Shown here: positions 46,514-55,244 of the stretch, one piece after another
Position numbering within the stretch: the first letter of the stretch is position 1
Layout of the letters: every line of letters begins with the position of its first letter
Origin: an uncultured Candidatus Saccharibacteria bacterium
GTDB taxonomy: Bacteria > Patescibacteriota > JABMPQ01 > JAQVVF01
Length of the DNA: 64,000 nucleotides
Assembly: GCA_964574655.1 (NCBI GenBank)
Contig: CAZNOH010000002.1
Location: 108,596-172,595, forward strand
Direction of reading: 5' to 3'
Made by a program: the position numbers and the translations under genes
Notes under the pieces: model-generated
Told to the model about the DNA's origin: nothing
The model's input: the letters and a program-made list of their open reading frames with translations, nothing else
Databases searched by the model: none

Positions 46514-46524
46514 AAATTTACATT

Positions 46525-47310
46525 ATGTTTCCCAACAAATTTCTCGGACAAAATTTTTTAGAAAATGAAGAAGTCGTTGACAAGATATTATCAGTCGCTG
46601 ATTTGTCATCTCAAGATACTGTATTGGAAGTTGGTCCAGGACAAGGCGCGATTACAGAAAAGTTATGCCCAAAAGTTAAACAAGTTATCGCAATAGAAAA
46701 AGATAAAGAATTAGTTGAATATTTACAAAACAAATTTAAAAGCACAAAAAACCTAAAAATTATCGCAGGCGATATTTTACAACAGCAATATTCAATATTT
46801 AATATTAAAGATTATAAGATAATATCGAACTTGCCATTTTATCTTACCTCGCGTTTTTTACGAATATTTCTTGAATTAGAAAACAAGCCAACCATGATGG
46901 TTTTAATAATTCAAAAAGAAGTTGCTCAGAGAATCTGCGACGAAGCTCCGCAGGCTAGTCTTCTTTCAAATTCTGTCCAATTCTATGCCAAGCCAGAAAT
47001 TATCGCTTTTGTATCAAAGAAAAATTTTAATCCAGCTCCAGAAGTTGATACTGCAATTATAAAAATAAATGTTTTACAAGAGCCGAGAATAAAAGTTGAC
47101 GATGTAAATAAATTTTTTAAAATATTAAAAATTGGCTTTTCTCAAAAGAGAAAACAACTTCATAACAATTTTTCTTCAGGTCTGCATATTAGCAAAGAAG
47201 AAACAAAAGAATTATTGCAAAAAGCAGGCATTGATTCAGAAAGAAGAGCTCAAACATTGAGTTTAGAAGAGTGGGCAAAATTATATCGAATATTGAATAT
47301 TAAAGATTAA
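46525..47310 (+). CDS. rsmA: 16S rRNA (adenine1518-N6/adenine1519-N6)-dimethyltransferase RsmA/KsgA
   Basis: LGQNFLENEEVVDKIL, SAM-binding VLEVGPGQGAITEKL, and ISNLPFYLTS. Confidence 0.85.
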   Translation: MFPNKFLGQNFLENEEVVDKILSVADLSSQDTVLEVGPGQGAITEKLCPKVKQVIAIEKDKELVEYLQNKFKSTKNLKIIAGDILQQQYSIFNIKDYKIISNLPFYLTSRFLRIFLELENKPTMMVLIIQKEVAQRICDEAPQASLLSNSVQFYAKPEIIAFVSKKNFNPAPEVDTAIIKINVLQEPRIKVDDVNKFFKILKIGFSQKRKQLHNNFSSGLHISKEETKELLQKAGIDSERRAQTLSLEEWAKLYRILNIKD

Positions 47311-47485
47311 ATATTATAGTTATACACACCTATCAAAAATCAAAGTAATTATTAATCTATTTAGGCTTTAACAAGGAAAAATAACTAATATTCAATATTA
47401 AATATTCAGTATTCTCGTCTTTGACACAAATTGGTAAAATTGGTATTATTAAGCCAAGCAAAAAAATCTTTAAAACAAAAAACAA

Positions 47486-48529
47486 ATGGCAAAAAGAAAG
47501 TTCAAGCTATTTCTGCTTGTTATTTCCGGCCTGTTTATCTTTGGCGTAGGCTATATTTTTGCGCAAAAATATCAAAACAATGATTCAAGTTCTCAGAGCT
47601 CTATTTTCCAATCCAGTCTTGATTCAGATGACGATGGAATAATTGATGATCAAGAAAGAAAGCTTGGCACCAATCCTTATCTGGCTGATTCAGATACAGA
47701 TGGCTTTACTGACAAACAAGAGATGGACACAAAACATGACCCAAACAAAGCCGAATCAAAAGATTTAATTGATCAAGATAATGATGGCTTGATAGGCAGT
47801 GATGAAGAAAAATATGGCACTGATCAAAATAGCGCTGATACTGATTTCGATGGCTATGCTGATGGCGAAGAAATTGCCAATGGATTTGATCCAACAGTTG
47901 CCAACTTATCAAATATCAAAGCTTTGCTTAGCCAAATTCCAGATGACAAAAAACAAGAAGCAAAGGATATTACTGGTGTCGATTTTACATCTAGCTCGTC
48001 AGTTGATTCCTTAGAAGGAGTTTTAAATTCAGAGCAAGCCGGGGAATTACAAAAATACGTTGATCAAATAGTGAGCTCCACTAATCAGGAATTAACTCTA
48101 GTAGAAGTGCCAGATTCTGAAATAAAAATATCCGAAGAGTCTGCTAATACTTCAAGCAAGAATAGCTATTTTGAATCTTTCAATAATATTACAAAACAAA
48201 ACTTAAATTTCATAATTGATCCAAATATTCAAGATGAGATGATTGCTGAATATGGTGATATAGAGACTGCTAATCAAATTTCGCAATCTTTTGAAAAAAC
48301 AGCCAATGAATTAGAAAAAGTTGCAGTTCCAAATGATTCAGAGTTCATTGCTGTCCACAAAAAAACAATTTCTGTTTTCAAAACTTTATCTCAAAAATAT
48401 GATATTCTTGCCAATTCTCAGAACAATAATATGTCAACTCTTTCTCAGGCCTTGAGAGACATTTTGTCTTTAAATAAAATTTTATATGAAGATATTTTTG
48501 TTAAAATAAAAGAATTATCAAACTATTAA
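47486..48529 (+). CDS. membrane-anchored secreted protein with thrombospondin-type-3-like Ca-binding Asp repeats
   Basis: N-terminal TM, then DSDDDGIIDDQE, DSDTDGFTDKQE, DQDNDGLIGSDEE and DTDFDGYADGEE (DxDxDG motifs). Confidence 0.5.
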   Translation: MAKRKFKLFLLVISGLFIFGVGYIFAQKYQNNDSSSQSSIFQSSLDSDDDGIIDDQERKLGTNPYLADSDTDGFTDKQEMDTKHDPNKAESKDLIDQDNDGLIGSDEEKYGTDQNSADTDFDGYADGEEIANGFDPTVANLSNIKALLSQIPDDKKQEAKDITGVDFTSSSSVDSLEGVLNSEQAGELQKYVDQIVSSTNQELTLVEVPDSEIKISEESANTSSKNSYFESFNNITKQNLNFIIDPNIQDEMIAEYGDIETANQISQSFEKTANELEKVAVPNDSEFIAVHKKTISVFKTLSQKYDILANSQNNNMSTLSQALRDILSLNKILYEDIFVKIKELSNY

Positions 48530-49371
48530 TGTTAAAAAAGCTTTCCGTATTATTTTTAATCTTAGCACTATTCATTACCTACAATGCTACTCTTTTAACT
48601 GTAAAAAAAGCCGATGCAATCCCAGTCACAGTCCTTGCTGACGTTCCAAGAGATACGGTTGATCGTATTGGAATTACATTATGGAAAATGATTGGTTATC
48701 CTCTTTTGAGAGATCAGGTGATTAATTTTGTTACAACTGGTGATTTTAAGATGAGCTGGAGCAGTGTTAAATATTGGCTTATTCATGATCTCGCTTTTCA
48801 GACTGCCAATCTTATTTTGAAAGATTACATTGGCTTTGATCTTTGTACAACAATTAGTGGAGACATTATTTTTGCTCTTGGGCAAATGTATGCTCCCAAC
48901 TATCCAGGGCCTGATTGTACATTCGACCAAAGTCAGCTTGCTCAAACCGCTGAAAAATTATTTACCGGAGATTCAGATCAAGCTTGGCAAGACGTAAAAA
49001 ATTATTATTATCAAAATTTTCACATGAGCCTTTATGGCGAGGCTAATCAATTTGGCACGTGGTTCAAAATTCGTGATAACATTGATACCCAAATTAACCA
49101 AAAACAGCAGAATTTTCGTTTTGAAATGCTAATCAATGATGGATTCTTAGGCAATTATGATTGCGCAGGTGTTCCAGAAAGTCAGCGTCCAGACAATTGC
49201 CGTCTTCTGACACCAGGAATGATTGTTGCTGATGTAGTCAAAACTAGCATCAGTGCCCCGATGGATTCAGCTCTAAAGGCTCAGATGATCAATGACGTGG
49301 CCGCTTTAGCTGGAGTTGTTGTAGATATGCTAAAAAATAAGTTTATTTATTCTGTTTATGAAAAAATGTAA
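48529..49371 (+). CDS. secreted hypothetical protein
   Basis: Signal peptide MLKKLSVLFLILALFITYNATLLTVKKADA. No recognisable motif. Confidence 0.5.
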   Translation: MLKKLSVLFLILALFITYNATLLTVKKADAIPVTVLADVPRDTVDRIGITLWKMIGYPLLRDQVINFVTTGDFKMSWSSVKYWLIHDLAFQTANLILKDYIGFDLCTTISGDIIFALGQMYAPNYPGPDCTFDQSQLAQTAEKLFTGDSDQAWQDVKNYYYQNFHMSLYGEANQFGTWFKIRDNIDTQINQKQQNFRFEMLINDGFLGNYDCAGVPESQRPDNCRLLTPGMIVADVVKTSISAPMDSALKAQMINDVAALAGVVVDMLKNKFIYSVYEKM

Positions 49372-49455
49372 AATTTAAAGATAGTTTTATTAGATTCCTG
49401 CGTCTTAAACGCTCACATTTCTAACGCAGAATCAAAAATTATCATAACAAAATTT

Positions 49456-51846
49456 TTGACGCAAAATATTACGCAGAAATACGTTGAAAAAAATAGCCAT
49501 ATCAATTTGTTAAAAAATAAAGCAAAAATTAAAAAAATACTAATTATTGCAATCTCGCTTGCTTTGATTTTAATACCAACTATTTTTGTTTTTGCGCAAG
49601 GAGCTAGCACACCAACTCCTGAGGGAGCTGGAGCTATCGGAGGAGGTGTTTTGTGGTTGGTGAATTTAATTGTTGGTGGCCTTTGCTACATTTCCGTGGC
49701 AGTGATTTCCTTATTCTTATGGTTGATTGGTACAATCTTTGATTGGATTATTGGTGGCACAACAATAAATGCCAGCGCCATGAATGAAATCGTCACAGCC
49801 GGCTGGGTTATTGTTCGAGACATTCTTAACATTATTTTTGTTCTAGCATTATTAGGAATTGCTTTTGCTACAATCCTAAGAATTGAGTCGTATCATTTTA
49901 AGGCTTTATTGCCAAAATTATTAGTCGCTGCCTTATTAGTTAATTTCAGCAAGACAATTGCTTTAACATTGGTTGATTTTTCAAACGCCATCATGAGCGG
50001 CATAATGGGAACGCAAAATGGCGCCACAGCTTCTGCTTCGCTTTTAGCCTTATTTAATATTTCGAACTTTTTTGAGCTAAGCGCCGTTTTAGGCAAACAG
50101 CTGACTGTATCAAGCACTGAGCCTGCAGTATTGGCAACAAACGTCGCAATTGTAATGTTTTTGGCTATGTTCACGATGGCTTTGGCAGGATTAGCAGTCT
50201 TATTAGTTATCCGTACTGTTGTTTTAATGATTTTAACAGTTTTCTCGCCAGTTGCTTTTGTTTTAAATGTATTGCCAGTAACACAAAAATACGCTTCAAA
50301 ATGGTGGGAAGAATTTACAAAATATTTATTTGTTGGACCAGTAGTTTGTATTTGTTACCTTTTAGCTTTACTTTTTGCTGTCAAATTCTCGCAAGGTGGC
50401 GGTATGCAGGGTCTTAGTAACAATCTCACCTCGCAAGCTTCAAGCAATGTTGGCATGTCTGCAGGCACTATCGGTCAATTTTTTGGTCTAGCCATTGCTT
50501 GTGGAATTATGTTTGTCGGATTTACTTTTGCCAAAGAAGCTGCCGGCGGTCTTGCTGGAGCAGCGATGGGATTAGTGAAAAAGGGATTGTTAGGAGCCGG
50601 TGCCTTGGCTGGTGGATTTGCTTGGAGAAAAGGAAATGAGTCGTTGGCTAGCGGTTCAAAAGGCGCGCTAGGCAGGCTTACTTCTTTAATTGGACAAAAA
50701 GTCTTCAGACGTTCGGCAGAAAAATCTGACAAGTTTGCTGATAATACAAAATTATTAAGTCCAACAGTGCTTGCTGGAATGTGGAAAGAAAGACAAGCTA
50801 TCAGAACATCTAGAGCTATGTCAGGCGCAGCTGGTTTTGCTCATAGCAAATTTAATAAGATTACTAATCGGCTATGGGGTATGGGCGAAGATACAGCTGA
50901 TTATGAACGCCGAGGCCAGCTTGAATCTGTTGATCATCATATGGCAGAAGGAAAGAAATATGGCAAGGGTAATCATTCATATTATCGAAAAGAGCAACGC
51001 GAGGCTTTAGAAAGCAAAGATTACGACAAGGCAGAAGCCATGGACAATTTACTTGCCCAAGATGGCAATATAAATGAAGCGCATAGAGAAGAGGAATTGG
51101 GTAGCAATGTTTCTAACTTTGAATATGATGAAAATGGGGATCCAATAAAAGATTCTGCAGGAAATGCAATTAAAATTCCAGAGAGACAAATTGGAAAAGA
51201 TGCAAGTGGAAAACCAATTATGGTCGGTGGCAATGTTCGAAGCTTTAATAAGGAAGCCTATATAGATCGTTTGATTACCACTTTTGGCAAAAAGAGAGGT
51301 ATTGAAATTATGGCTGGTCAAAACGAGAGTCATCGAAGAAATGGCAACTGGGCTTTTGCCGAAATTGTCGATGTAGATGAAAAAGGGGAATTAAAAATAA
51401 ATGCAAAACAAGCAGACAATTCTGCTGGAGAATGGAATAAAAAAGCAGGCCGGCAAGGTTTGGATGGACAAAGATTTCCACTGTTCAAGGAAAGCTATGG
51501 CACCGATGGCAGTGTAGTTGATGTCCAAGTTGATCCAGTGCTTATAGCAAAAATCAAAAATTCTGGTATTGGCGAAGACTGGACAAAGAATATCGGTTTT
51601 GCGCCTGATGCCAACAAGAGAATGCTAAATCAATTTAGAGGAAAATTGTACAAACAAATACAAGATACTGCCATGCCTCAGTCACATAAGGATTCCGCCG
51701 TAAAAATGATTCAAGCGGCAGTAAAAGCAACCGGCGGGGCAGGAAAGGCTGTCCATTATAAAGGAGTTAAAATGACTTCTGATGAGCTAGATGCCGAAAT
51801 TGATTTTGATGCAATTCTACCTCCAACGCCACCTCCAACGCCTTAA
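49456..51846 (+). CDS. polytopic membrane protein with a long hydrophilic C-terminal region; VirB6/TrbL-like T4SS channel candidate
   Basis: About 8 hydrophobic segments in the first 400 aa, then a 400-aa soluble tail. Its position at the head of the VirB3/VirB4 cluster is why I suggest VirB6. I see no sequence motif I can name. Confidence 0.4.
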   Translation: MTQNITQKYVEKNSHINLLKNKAKIKKILIIAISLALILIPTIFVFAQGASTPTPEGAGAIGGGVLWLVNLIVGGLCYISVAVISLFLWLIGTIFDWIIGGTTINASAMNEIVTAGWVIVRDILNIIFVLALLGIAFATILRIESYHFKALLPKLLVAALLVNFSKTIALTLVDFSNAIMSGIMGTQNGATASASLLALFNISNFFELSAVLGKQLTVSSTEPAVLATNVAIVMFLAMFTMALAGLAVLLVIRTVVLMILTVFSPVAFVLNVLPVTQKYASKWWEEFTKYLFVGPVVCICYLLALLFAVKFSQGGGMQGLSNNLTSQASSNVGMSAGTIGQFFGLAIACGIMFVGFTFAKEAAGGLAGAAMGLVKKGLLGAGALAGGFAWRKGNESLASGSKGALGRLTSLIGQKVFRRSAEKSDKFADNTKLLSPTVLAGMWKERQAIRTSRAMSGAAGFAHSKFNKITNRLWGMGEDTADYERRGQLESVDHHMAEGKKYGKGNHSYYRKEQREALESKDYDKAEAMDNLLAQDGNINEAHREEELGSNVSNFEYDENGDPIKDSAGNAIKIPERQIGKDASGKPIMVGGNVRSFNKEAYIDRLITTFGKKRGIEIMAGQNESHRRNGNWAFAEIVDVDEKGELKINAKQADNSAGEWNKKAGRQGLDGQRFPLFKESYGTDGSVVDVQVDPVLIAKIKNSGIGEDWTKNIGFAPDANKRMLNQFRGKLYKQIQDTAMPQSHKDSAVKMIQAAVKATGGAGKAVHYKGVKMTSDELDAEIDFDAILPPTPPPTP

Positions 51847-51870
51847 TATTTAGTAATTTCTCTGACCAAA

Positions 51871-53286
51871 ATGTTAAAAATAGACCCAAACAATTTAAAA
51901 AATCCACAAGAATTTGAAAAAATATCCAAAGAAGCGCAGGAGTGCGATCATTTTAATTATGTTGGTGAATATGGAGTGAGATCTTATCAAACAATGTTAG
52001 CAATTGACGAAGCTCTAGAAAAAAATCCTCAATTCAAAAATGAAGACCAAGAACTATACAAAAAATATTGCGATCTTAGTCTTTATCTAAAATTTCATAA
52101 TTTAGAACGCTTACCAGAAGATAATAATGTTTTAGAATTACTAGAAAAAAATTTTTGTGATGCTTTAAAGAAAAATCTTAATTTAGAAGAATGGCTCAGA
52201 GCAAAAGTAATGATGATCGGTCTTCCTTTTCGAAATGAATTTCTCGAAAAGACACTTTCTGCCATCAAAAAAAATCTGCAAAAAATTGGCACAAAAAACA
52301 TTATAATTAGCAATAAAGAAGTAGAACCAACTATTCAAAATTGGATCAAAGATTATGAATATACTTCTGAGCCAGGCATTCACTCTTTGCTTGAACGCAA
52401 TGACTATTTTATCCATTCTAAAAACGTTAGAAATTTAAATGAAGATGAAAAAAAGCAAATCAAAATGCTTTTGCAACTTTATGATAAATTACATCTGAAA
52501 GTAACTGATATTGGAGGCTTGGGGAGCTATCCGCCGTCAATGTACGGCATTGATCTAAAAAAGCCAGTTGCAGTCGAAGATTTTACTACTAAAGAATTAC
52601 AAAAAGTTAACAAATCAGTTCAGGAATCAGCCGGAACTGTTCATCCCATTCCTTTTCCAACTTCAAAAACAGAAAAACGAGAAAAAATGCTAGCTGAAAA
52701 CAAAAAAGAAGCTGAAAAAGCAATGCAAGGCGCTGTTGATATAAAAAAGCTAGAAGCACAAGAGCCAGGAAATAAATTTATCACGTCTTTGAAAAAAATT
52801 GGCAAACCAAGAAAAAAAAATGAAAAAATAAAAACAGCAGAAACAAAAGTAATTAAAGCAGTGCCTGAAAAAGAAGTTGTTGAGGAAATTTCAAAACCAG
52901 AAACAGAGCTACCAAATCCTCCTAAAAAAGTTTTTCATAAAGAACACAAAGTTTTAACATCCTCAAAGCCAGTTTCAGCAGAAATCAGCAAAATTAAAAA
53001 TATAAATTTGCTAGAATTCAAAAAACTTGGCGCAACAGCAAAACAAGCTGCTCAAGTTTTGCTTAACAATATCCGCGAAGTTGCGAAAACTCATGATGAG
53101 CGAAAAGCAGCGCAAGAAAATTTTATGAAAAGTCCTTTATTCAAATTATACGAAGCAATCGCAAATCAAAGCACATCAGAAAAGAAATCAGTCAGTCAGA
53201 TAGCAGAGGATAGAAAAAAACAAGGAACAGAGTTTCTTACTGAAGACGAATATATTGCGGTTAAAAGCATCAGTAAGCTAATTTAA
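51871..53286 (+). CDS. hypothetical charged (K/E-rich) protein in the T4SS-like cluster
   Basis: 471-aa ORF, no recognisable motif. Confidence 0.5.
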   Translation: MLKIDPNNLKNPQEFEKISKEAQECDHFNYVGEYGVRSYQTMLAIDEALEKNPQFKNEDQELYKKYCDLSLYLKFHNLERLPEDNNVLELLEKNFCDALKKNLNLEEWLRAKVMMIGLPFRNEFLEKTLSAIKKNLQKIGTKNIIISNKEVEPTIQNWIKDYEYTSEPGIHSLLERNDYFIHSKNVRNLNEDEKKQIKMLLQLYDKLHLKVTDIGGLGSYPPSMYGIDLKKPVAVEDFTTKELQKVNKSVQESAGTVHPIPFPTSKTEKREKMLAENKKEAEKAMQGAVDIKKLEAQEPGNKFITSLKKIGKPRKKNEKIKTAETKVIKAVPEKEVVEEISKPETELPNPPKKVFHKEHKVLTSSKPVSAEISKIKNINLLEFKKLGATAKQAAQVLLNNIREVAKTHDERKAAQENFMKSPLFKLYEAIANQSTSEKKSVSQIAEDRKKQGTEFLTEDEYIAVKSISKLI

Positions 53287-53458
53287 AATTTCGAATTTTA
53301 AATTTTAAATAAATTTCGAAATAAGAATTTTAAAATTCGTTGCAGAGTTTTAAGCTACTGGTTCTGCATAAAATGGTAAAGAAGCAAGTAGTAGTCATTA
53401 GAAATTAAAGAATTTAAAATTTATTTTAAATTTGAAATTATAAATTTGAAATTAACGT
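53287..53458. repeat. intergenic palindromic element, aaattt/ttaaaat word subfamily
   Basis: aaaatttcgaattttaaattttaaataaatttcgaaataagaattttaaaattcg...attagaaattaaagaatttaaaatttattttaaatttgaaattataaatttgaaatt. Confidence 0.7.
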
Positions 53459-53893
53459 ATGCAATACCCAATTCCACAATTTGTTGAAATAGAGGACCAG
53501 ATTATTGGCCCGCTCACTCTCAAACAGTTTTTCTTTTTGCTTGGTGGTGGAATATTTCTATTGATTTCCTGGTCTTTTGTTGATCTCGCATTATTTATTT
53601 TTTTAGCAGTTATCGTTGGTTTCATAGTCGTGCCATTGGCTTTTGTCAAGCCATACGGACGTCCGTTGACAAATTATCTTTCCGCAGTTTTTAAATATAT
53701 ACTTGGCCCAAAGATACTAGTCTGGCACAAAAGTAGCAGAGCTCCAAGAGTAAAAGCTTATGATCTTGCAAATAAAAAGAAAGGTCCTGAAAAAATTACA
53801 ATCGGCGAAAAAAAGTATACACCGAGCAGTATTCACCGATTGGCAAGGCAATTAGATTTTAAGACAGTAATGAGCGAAGACGAAAAGAAGTAA
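53459..53893 (+). CDS. PrgI-family / VirB3-like small T4SS membrane protein
   Basis: MQYPIPQFVEIEDQIIGPLTLKQFFFLLGGGIFLLI, then a second TM. This matches the PrgI-family N-terminal signature and precedes VirB4. Confidence 0.55.
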   Translation: MQYPIPQFVEIEDQIIGPLTLKQFFFLLGGGIFLLISWSFVDLALFIFLAVIVGFIVVPLAFVKPYGRPLTNYLSAVFKYILGPKILVWHKSSRAPRVKAYDLANKKKGPEKITIGEKKYTPSSIHRLARQLDFKTVMSEDEKK

Positions 53894-53956
53894 TTTTAAA
53901 TTTCGAATTTTAAATTTTAAATAAATTTTAAAGTTTCTAATTTTAAAATAATATAA
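53894..53956. repeat. short intergenic palindromic element (ttttaaattt words)
   Basis: aattttaaatttcgaattttaaattttaaataaattttaaagtttctaattttaaaat. Confidence 0.6.
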
Positions 53957-54313
53957 ATGCTTAAAGAAAAAGATAAGCAATACGATTTAGAAGAAAGAAC
54001 CGCAAAATTTGCAGAAGGCATAATCGATCTTTGCCAAGGCCTACCGCAAACAGCAATTACTAAGTCAACGATAAGCCAGATAATTCGTTCAAGCTCAAGT
54101 ATCGGCGCAAACTATTGCGAAGCAAACGGCGCAAGCTCAAAAAAAGATTTTAGGAACAAAATATTTATCTGTAAGAAAGAAGCTCAGGAAACACGATATT
54201 GGATAAGAATATTGGCTAAATGTTTACCAAACAAAAAAGAAGACTTGCGAAATCATTGGAAGGAGTGTCAAGAATTAACACTAATTTTTGGTAAAATTGC
54301 ATCAAAGTTATAG
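53957..54313 (+). CDS. four-helix-bundle protein (TIGR02436, 23S-rRNA-IVS-type family)
   Basis: About 118 aa. EERTAKFAEGIIDLCQGLP...IIRSSSSIGANYCEANGASSKKDFRNKIFICKKEAQETRYWIRIL. Confidence 0.7.
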   Translation: MLKEKDKQYDLEERTAKFAEGIIDLCQGLPQTAITKSTISQIIRSSSSIGANYCEANGASSKKDFRNKIFICKKEAQETRYWIRILAKCLPNKKEDLRNHWKECQELTLIFGKIASKL

Positions 54314-54377
54314 CAATTTAAAATTAAGTAATTTGAAATTTAATTAAAATTCGAAATTTTAAATTTAAAATTGAGTA
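54314..54377. repeat. short intergenic palindromic element
   Basis: caatttaaaattaagtaatttgaaatttaattaaaattcgaaattttaaatttaaaattg. Confidence 0.6.
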
Positions 54378-55121
54378 ATGCTTAAAAAAGAAAAAAAAGA
54401 AGAAAAGAAAGTTGAAGTAAAACAAGAAGAAGAAACAATGCTTTCAAGTAAAGCAGCAAAGAAAGAAGAAGAGTCAACTCAGAAATTTTTGAATGTCGCT
54501 GGAATCAGAGATGGAATTATAATTCTAAAAAACAAAGCATTGCGGGCAATAGTGATGTGTTCATCAATTAATTTTGCTTTGATGTCTGAAGATGAACAAA
54601 AAGCTAAGGTTTTTGGCTATCAAGATTTTTTAAATTCATTAAATTTTCCAGTGCAAATCGTTATCCAAACTAGAAAGCTAAACATCGCAGGCTATCTAGA
54701 AAAAGTCAAAGAAGCTGAAAGAATGCAAGACAATGAATTGTTAAGAATGCAGACAGCTGAATACGCTGAATTTATAAAATCAATGGTAGAATTAGGAAAT
54801 ATTACTACTTCTCATTATTATGTTTCAATACCTTATTCTCCAGCTGGAATTGAAGCAACTGAATCAATAATGGATAAAATCAAAGGAATTATTTCGCCAG
54901 CGTCAAAAATAAAAGAAGAACAAGTTGGTTTCCAAAAACAACAAGAGGAGCTTTTGCTTCGCGTAAATACAGTAATCAGCGGACTTGGAGGAGTTGGAAT
55001 TCAATCCGCGCAACTTAATACTCAAGAAGTAGTTGAGCTCTTGTATTCATGGTATAATCCAGATGAAAGCACTACTGAAATACTTGGAGAATTGGAAAAG
55101 CTTAAGATTGAACAAGCCTAA
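54378..55121 (+). CDS. VirB4/TrbE/CagE-family protein, N-terminal domain only (split gene, part 1)
   Basis: FLNVAGIRDGIIILKNKALRAIVMCSSINFALMSEDEQKAKVFGYQDFLNSLNFPVQIVIQTRKL resembles the VirB4 N-terminal (CagE_TrbE_VirB) region. The ORF ends at a stop before the repeat element. Confidence 0.55.
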   Translation: MLKKEKKEEKKVEVKQEEETMLSSKAAKKEEESTQKFLNVAGIRDGIIILKNKALRAIVMCSSINFALMSEDEQKAKVFGYQDFLNSLNFPVQIVIQTRKLNIAGYLEKVKEAERMQDNELLRMQTAEYAEFIKSMVELGNITTSHYYVSIPYSPAGIEATESIMDKIKGIISPASKIKEEQVGFQKQQEELLLRVNTVISGLGGVGIQSAQLNTQEVVELLYSWYNPDESTTEILGELEKLKIEQA

Positions 55122-55244
55122 GAACAATTTTAAATTATAAAATTTTAAAACTAGAAAAACGAAACTAGTCAAAAAATGGTTTTGAAATTAAATATTTAAA
55201 ATTTATTTGAAATTTGAAATTGAAAATTTGAAATTAGCAAAACT
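55122..55244. repeat. intergenic palindromic element separating the two VirB4 parts
   Basis: caattttaaattataaaattttaaaactagaaaaacgaaactagtcaaaaaatggttttgaaattaaatatttaaaatttatttgaaatttgaaattgaaaatttgaaatt. Confidence 0.7.
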
